From Syntrophomonadaceae bacterium (GTDB taxonomy: Bacteria; Bacillota; Dethiobacteria; DTU022): a stretch of 63,460 nucleotides of DNA. Made by a program: the position numbers and the translations under genes. The DNA lies in assembly GCA_007132095.1 (NCBI GenBank), contig SLPH01000063.1, positions 1 through 63,460 on the forward strand, read 5' to 3'. The notes under the pieces were generated by a model. That model worked only from the letters and a program-made list of their open reading frames with translations, made no database searches and had not been told where the DNA came from. Below are positions 58,983 through 63,460 of this stretch, piece after piece. Within the stretch, counting starts at the first letter, position 1. Each line of letters opens with the position of its first letter.

Positions 58983-59276
58983 TTAGTCAATGACTGGCGG
59001 TACCGTGTAAAACCCGTCGCTAAATGCCGGAGCTTTTTCCTGCAGCCCTGCGGTATCACCCGGAAGAGCTCTATCTTCACGCATAATATTTGACTGGTTA
59101 TGGCCGGTTATTACGGCATCAACTGAAGTGGTATCGATAACCTGCAGCGGCTCCAGCCACTTGATCAATAACTGCAATTCGGCATCCAACCGGGTTAACT
59201 CCTCGTTATCCACCATTATTTTCATAATATTTACAGCTCTTCGCAGCTCAGCCCTGTTTTTTTCCAAGCATTTCAC
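58983..59276 (-). CDS. gatC: Asp/Glu-tRNA amidotransferase subunit C
   Basis: 97 aa, in the expected position upstream of gatA. The LQVIDTTSVDAV...MREDRA pattern is typical of GatC. GTG start with a weak SD; ATG at 59225 is an alternative. Confidence 0.8.
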   Translation of the reverse strand: MKCLEKNRAELRRAVNIMKIMVDNEELTRLDAELQLLIKWLEPLQVIDTTSVDAVITGHNQSNIMREDRALPGDTAGLQEKAPAFSDGFYTVPPVID

Positions 59277-59405
59277 CTGCCCATATTAGTTTGCCTGGCG
59301 GCAATAAAAGGAGGACCATTAAAGTATGATCCCCGCTTGATGCGGCAACTAGAACACCTATTCGAGAAATTAAGGGAAAACCCTGCTTTTATTGTCCAAA
59401 AGCGC

Positions 59406-59948
59406 CTATTCGTTATCACTAAAGATTGTTTTCATTTGTTTTGTATGGATCTCGAGAGCTTCACTGCCAAATAGGATAAACCTAATCAACCTAACCTTCT
59501 TCAGTTTTGGCGCCTCTTCTTTTACAGTACGAAAAGCGATTTCGGCCGCTTTATCCATGGGAAAACCAAATGCGCCCGTTGAAAGGGAAGGGAAGCCGAT
59601 TTTTTCGATCCTGTTTTTCTCGGCAAGCTTGAGGGTGTTGCGATAACAATCTGCCAGCAATTTTTCTTCCGGTTTATCTGATCCATAGACCGGACCGAGG
59701 CAGTGAATAACAAAGCGGTTGGGCAGATTATGGGCTCCCGTTATAACCGCCTCCCCCGGTTTGATCGGGGCCAAAGGGCGGCACTCTTCCTCGAGGCCGG
59801 GGCCGGCCGCGCGGTGCAAGGCTCCCGCCACCCCGCCGCCACTGCGCAACTGCGCGTTTGCGGCATTAACAACTGCATCAAGATCCGGCTGAGCAGCAAT
59901 ATCGCCGCCGACACATTCCACGGTTATATTATAATAAGCCATGTTCAT
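59406..59948 (-). CDS. macro-domain protein (ADP-ribose/O-acetyl-ADP-ribose hydrolase type)
   Basis: ATG at 59948 with AGGAGGG SD. Motifs VVNAANAQLRSGGGVAGALH and FPSLSTGAFGFP. Confidence 0.85.
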   Translation of the reverse strand: MNMAYYNITVECVGGDIAAQPDLDAVVNAANAQLRSGGGVAGALHRAAGPGLEEECRPLAPIKPGEAVITGAHNLPNRFVIHCLGPVYGSDKPEEKLLADCYRNTLKLAEKNRIEKIGFPSLSTGAFGFPMDKAAEIAFRTVKEEAPKLKKVRLIRFILFGSEALEIHTKQMKTIFSDNE

Positions 59949-60354
59949 CAGAGCCCTCCTGTTAATAATTATTAATGTCAGGCGGCTTTTTCCCATGCAG
60001 CAGCTTGCGTATACCTAGCTTGACCCCGAATGAATCAATTGTGGCAAAAAAATGCTGCCTGAACAAGTCTTTCCATGAAGAAAGATAGCGTCAAGCCATT
60101 GTAGAAAAAAAGAAACCTCACCTTCAGCTCATACAGCAAAACAGCTGCTCAAATATATTAACCCCTTTCTGGTTAAATTGTCCGGTTCATTCAGTTGATG
60201 AATGATGCTGGCATCCTCTTCTTTCCCAACCAGCATTTCGTGAGATTCCTCTTTCCATATAACAAATGTAACTACCTGCTAAACCCCTTAAATAACTTTG
60301 CACAAAGACGGGGCTGGCTCCGCACCTTTACTGTTCCTGAAATTTTGCATGGTC

Positions 60355-60392
60355 TAAAAAGCCTGGAGGAGGGCATGCAAAGCCCCTCCTCC
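60355..60392 (-). terminator. rho-independent terminator after the TAXI gene
   Basis: GGAGGGGC-UUUGCAU-GCCCUCCUCC hairpin followed by AGGCUUUUU on the minus strand. Confidence 0.7.
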
Positions 60393-60470
60393 GGTTTATC
60401 CTTTTAATCCTCTTGCGCTGGTATGACTTATGCCTGCAAATTAACTATGGCTGCAGAATAAGCCGGCAGT

Positions 60471-61535
60471 CTACTGAAGCTCCGGAGGGACGAGATGATC
60501 CGGAACATCGACACCAATCTCTTCGAAGTACTTAATAACCCCGGGATGAAGAGGAATAACCGCATGCTCTACAGTGTTTTCCGGGGTAGTCATCCTGGCG
60601 TAGGCATGGATGGCGATCAGGTGATCGATATTTTCAAAGATTGCCTTGGTGATATCGTAGACATATTCTTCCGGGTAATCAGCATGGCAAATGACTGAAT
60701 TCCAAACGCTGGGCAGCAGGACAGGCTCATCCTGACCCGGGTACATATCCGCGGGCATCTCGAACCCGGAATAGAAAGGATATTCAGTAGTGAGAGTTTC
60801 TATCTCCTCAACGGTGTAGGCAACGATCCTGATATCGCGCGTTGCCGTAATCTCCATGATGGAAGATGTAGGCGCTGCCACGCTCCAGAAGCCGATATCA
60901 ATTCGGCCGTCGCGTAAGTCATCACCCGTTTCGGAAAAAGGAAGCCTGAATACGTCAAAATCATCGTATGTAATGCCCAGCGCGCCTAAAACCAGGTTTG
61001 TCTTGAACTCGGTCCCACTGCCGGGGGCGCCAACAGAGGCAGTTCTGCCGACGATATCGCTAACATTGTAAATATCCGAATCAGCCAGAACAACCATATG
61101 GAACAGGTTCGGATACATGGTGAAAACTGTGCGGATCGGCTGCGGATCTCCTTCAAATTGCTCGCCTTCACCATTGTAAGCCATGAAGCCGACATCATTC
61201 ATAATCAGGGCCAGTTCCGCAGTTTGTTCTGTAATCATCCTGGTGTTTTCAACCGACGCTCCCGTTACTTCCGCAGTGGCCCTTAAATACGGGATGTGAC
61301 GGTTTATAACCGTGGACATACCGCCGCCATAGGGGAAATAAACCCCGCCGGTTCCGCCGGTAACAATGCTTAAGAACTCTACCGGTCTGTCATCAGGCGG
61401 TGGAGCTACATCATTGTCCGGATCATCTACATCACCAGGGTCAGGATCTGCTGCCGGCTGTTCGCAGGCAGTAATCATCGAAAACATAGCAATAATGAAC
61501 AGGAATACTATTAGCCAGGTTAATTTAGCTTTCAT
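60471..61535 (-). CDS. TAXI-family TRAP transporter solute-binding lipoprotein (copy 1)
   Basis: Lipobox MITAC, an acidic/Pro tether, and SIVTGGTGGVYFPYGGG, the TAXI signature. SD GAGGAGG upstream. Confidence 0.85.
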   Translation of the reverse strand: MKAKLTWLIVFLFIIAMFSMITACEQPAADPDPGDVDDPDNDVAPPPDDRPVEFLSIVTGGTGGVYFPYGGGMSTVINRHIPYLRATAEVTGASVENTRMITEQTAELALIMNDVGFMAYNGEGEQFEGDPQPIRTVFTMYPNLFHMVVLADSDIYNVSDIVGRTASVGAPGSGTEFKTNLVLGALGITYDDFDVFRLPFSETGDDLRDGRIDIGFWSVAAPTSSIMEITATRDIRIVAYTVEEIETLTTEYPFYSGFEMPADMYPGQDEPVLLPSVWNSVICHADYPEEYVYDITKAIFENIDHLIAIHAYARMTTPENTVEHAVIPLHPGVIKYFEEIGVDVPDHLVPPELQ

Positions 61536-61686
61536 TTTTTCCTCCTCTTAGTTATAAAAGTTTCGGTTGTAGCAGGTAAGTGATCGTGTTTGCAAGATTT
61601 TAATAAACAATTGCGCTTAATCGTAGCTGGTCAGAAATACTGTATCCTGTTTTCACCCCTTTCTGGTCAAATTTCTTATTACACGG

Positions 61687-62247
61687 CTACCGAAGCTTCT
61701 CCGGCTTGCCGCTAAAAGCGTCCTCTGCAAGAGCCTTATATAAAGGGATCTTCTTAACTTGAAACAACAACCTTGCATCTTCACCAAAGAAACCGGCCAG
61801 AACATACTCGGAGCCCCTGTAGAGGAGGCGCTGATCGGCAATCAGCCCAACACGCAAAATAAAGGAATCGAGTTTTTCATCAATACCTACTATTTTAAGG
61901 AGCCCTTCTTCTTCTACGTAACGGCCCCGCCCTTCAAGCAAGCCCATCCCGGCCCCGAAATTGCGGAAGTGCGTTTCTTTCAGATATATGCTTTCCCCGT
62001 CGCTGTAGTAGATTTCCACAACCGGGAGCAGATCTACAGAGTGGGTGTAGCTGATCGCAAACTCTTCCCCCGGATTTAGGAAAAACACCGCCCTGCCCGT
62101 ATGACCGTCCCCATCGCTCTCTTCAATCCAGAGGACTGTGGGCCTGATAAGAGTCAGGGTAACCAAAGTCAAAATCAAGAAAAAGGGGAAAAGGGCAACG
62201 ACCCTCTTCCCCTTTTCAGCTTTCAGTCCAATCCCCTTATTCTGCAT
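61687..62247 (-). CDS. DUF1850 domain protein
   Basis: N-terminal TM helix, then FAISYTHSVDLLPVVEIY...FRNFGAGMG, the pattern I associate with DUF1850. The start is uncertain (ATG 62247 or TTG 62250). Confidence 0.65.
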   Translation of the reverse strand: MQNKGIGLKAEKGKRVVALFPFFLILTLVTLTLIRPTVLWIEESDGDGHTGRAVFFLNPGEEFAISYTHSVDLLPVVEIYYSDGESIYLKETHFRNFGAGMGLLEGRGRYVEEEGLLKIVGIDEKLDSFILRVGLIADQRLLYRGSEYVLAGFFGEDARLLFQVKKIPLYKALAEDAFSGKPEKLR

Positions 62248-62271
62248 CAATTATCCTGCTTGCGCCGCTGG

Positions 62272-63336
62272 CTACTGCATCTCCGGCGGGATCAGGTGGT
62301 CGGGGATGTCAATGCCAACTTCTTCTAAGTACCTGATCGATCCCGGGTGCAGCGGTATAACTGAATGCTCAACCGCGTTTTCCGGAGTTGTAAAATTAGC
62401 GAAAGCATGGATTGCGATCAGGTGATCGATATTCTCAAAAATAGCCTTGGTGATATCGTAAACATATTCTTCCGGGTAGTCGACATGACAGATGACTGTA
62501 TTCCAGACACTGGGATTAACAACCGGCTCATCCTGGCCCGGATAGGTGCCCGGTGCCATCTCAAAGCGCGAATAGAAAGGATATTGTGAAGTAATCGTCT
62601 CTATTTGCTCATCGGTAAAGGAGATCAGCCGGATGTCACGGGTAGCAGTAATCTCCATAACCGAAGATGTGGGAGCGGCAACATCCCAGAAGCCGATGTC
62701 AATCCGGCCGTCACGCAGGTCATCGCCGGTTTCGGCGAAGGGCAGCCTGAATACTTCAAACTCATCATAGCTGATACCCAGGGAGTCCAGGACCAGGTTG
62801 GTTTTAAATTCGGTTCCGCTGCCGGGAGCGCCAACAGAGGCGGTCTTGCCACGGATATCCTCAACGTCGTAAACATCTGTATCGTCCAGCACAACCATGT
62901 GGAAATGGTGGGGATACATGGAGAATACGGCACGGATCGGCTGAGGATCGCCGCCAAACTGCTCGCCTTCACCATTATAGGCCATGTAGGCAACATCGTT
63001 CATGATCAGGGCCAGTTCGGCCGATTTTTCAGTAATCATCCTGGTATTCTCAACCGAGGCTCCTGTCACTTCAGCAGTAGCTCTCAGGTAAGGGATATGG
63101 CGGTTGATAACCGTAGACATACCACCACCGTAGGGGAAATACACCCCGCCGGTTCCCCCGGTAACAATGCTTAAGAACTCAACCGGCCGGTCATCCGGCG
63201 GTGGAGCGACATCATTGTCCGGCTCATCTACATCGTTAGGATCAGGATCTGCAACCGGCTGTTCACAGCCAACAATCATTGTAAAAAGCGAAATTACAAA
63301 CAAACCAACGATCAACCATGTTATTTTGGACTTCAC
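62272..63336 (-). CDS. TAXI-family TRAP transporter solute-binding lipoprotein (copy 2)
   Basis: Same length (354 aa) as copy 1 and collinear with it. Lipobox MIVGC. GTG start with GAGGGAGG SD. Confidence 0.85.
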   Translation of the reverse strand: MKSKITWLIVGLFVISLFTMIVGCEQPVADPDPNDVDEPDNDVAPPPDDRPVEFLSIVTGGTGGVYFPYGGGMSTVINRHIPYLRATAEVTGASVENTRMITEKSAELALIMNDVAYMAYNGEGEQFGGDPQPIRAVFSMYPHHFHMVVLDDTDVYDVEDIRGKTASVGAPGSGTEFKTNLVLDSLGISYDEFEVFRLPFAETGDDLRDGRIDIGFWDVAAPTSSVMEITATRDIRLISFTDEQIETITSQYPFYSRFEMAPGTYPGQDEPVVNPSVWNTVICHVDYPEEYVYDITKAIFENIDHLIAIHAFANFTTPENAVEHSVIPLHPGSIRYLEEVGIDIPDHLIPPEMQ

Positions 63337-63460
63337 TATCGTTTCCTCCCTCTCTTTTCAACCTATTTACTTTGTAAATCCAAAAAGTAAGACTGGCGGC
63401 CCGCTGTTAATAGCCCAACAGCCGGGCTTGCCTGAGACAGGGAAATTATGTTATGCAACA

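Noticed and set aside
60195-60407. 70-aa plus-strand ORF in the gap between the macro-domain gene and TAXI copy 1.
   Set aside because: It has no SD, it runs through the bidirectional terminator hairpin, and its composition is implausible.
62605-63174. 189-aa plus-strand ORF inside TAXI copy 2, with a counterpart in copy 1.
   Set aside because: It is the antisense shadow of a well-supported gene and has no start signals.

Overview
This is a 63.5-kb chromosomal segment that is densely packed with genes. It looks Firmicutes/Clostridia-like: AGGAGG-type Shine-Dalgarno (SD) sites, many GTG/TTG starts, and GatCAB, MrfAB, HutP and YloV. I call about 57 protein genes, and most are housekeeping.

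Gene content, in window order:
- Lipoprotein maturation: lnt (lgt lies further on).
- Tat export (tatC plus two tatA) next to mobA and a CofE-like ligase.
- queG and an M50/CBS protease.
- An OpuC-type compatible-solute ABC transporter.
- CDF and NhaC cation transporters.
- A 7TM-PAS-GAF-GGDEF cyclase.
- nadE-mnmG-radical SAM, mrfA-mrfB, metY-metX, DUF427-msrB and lgt.
- A four-domain CoADR-rhodanese-TusA-DsrE fusion.
- ybgA, yloV, serC, gatCAB and a macro-domain protein.
- Two TAXI binding-protein paralogues flanking a DUF1850 gene.

I saw no rRNA, tRNA, CRISPR array, transposase/integrase or prophage signature.

The least explained part is a co-oriented block at 44.5-51.8 kb. It encodes a DUF2207 membrane protein, two acidic lipoproteins (one built of four tandem ~66-aa repeats) and two tandem paralogues with a cytoplasmic zinc ribbon, one TM helix and an extracellular parallel beta-helix. 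I rank it as the best candidate for an undescribed envelope module. However, it contains internal promoters and terminators, so the functional link between these genes is inference only.

Other leads:
- An SD-sequestering leader upstream of metY-metX with no recognisable S-box or T-box core.
- An intrinsic terminator between a consensus promoter and nadE.
- A perfect 13-bp inverted repeat between two divergent genes.
- TAXI binding proteins with no TRAP permease in the window.
- Two 14-bp AT-rich palindromes placed directly in front of SD sites.

All family assignments come from motif recognition by eye. No searches or folding programs were run.
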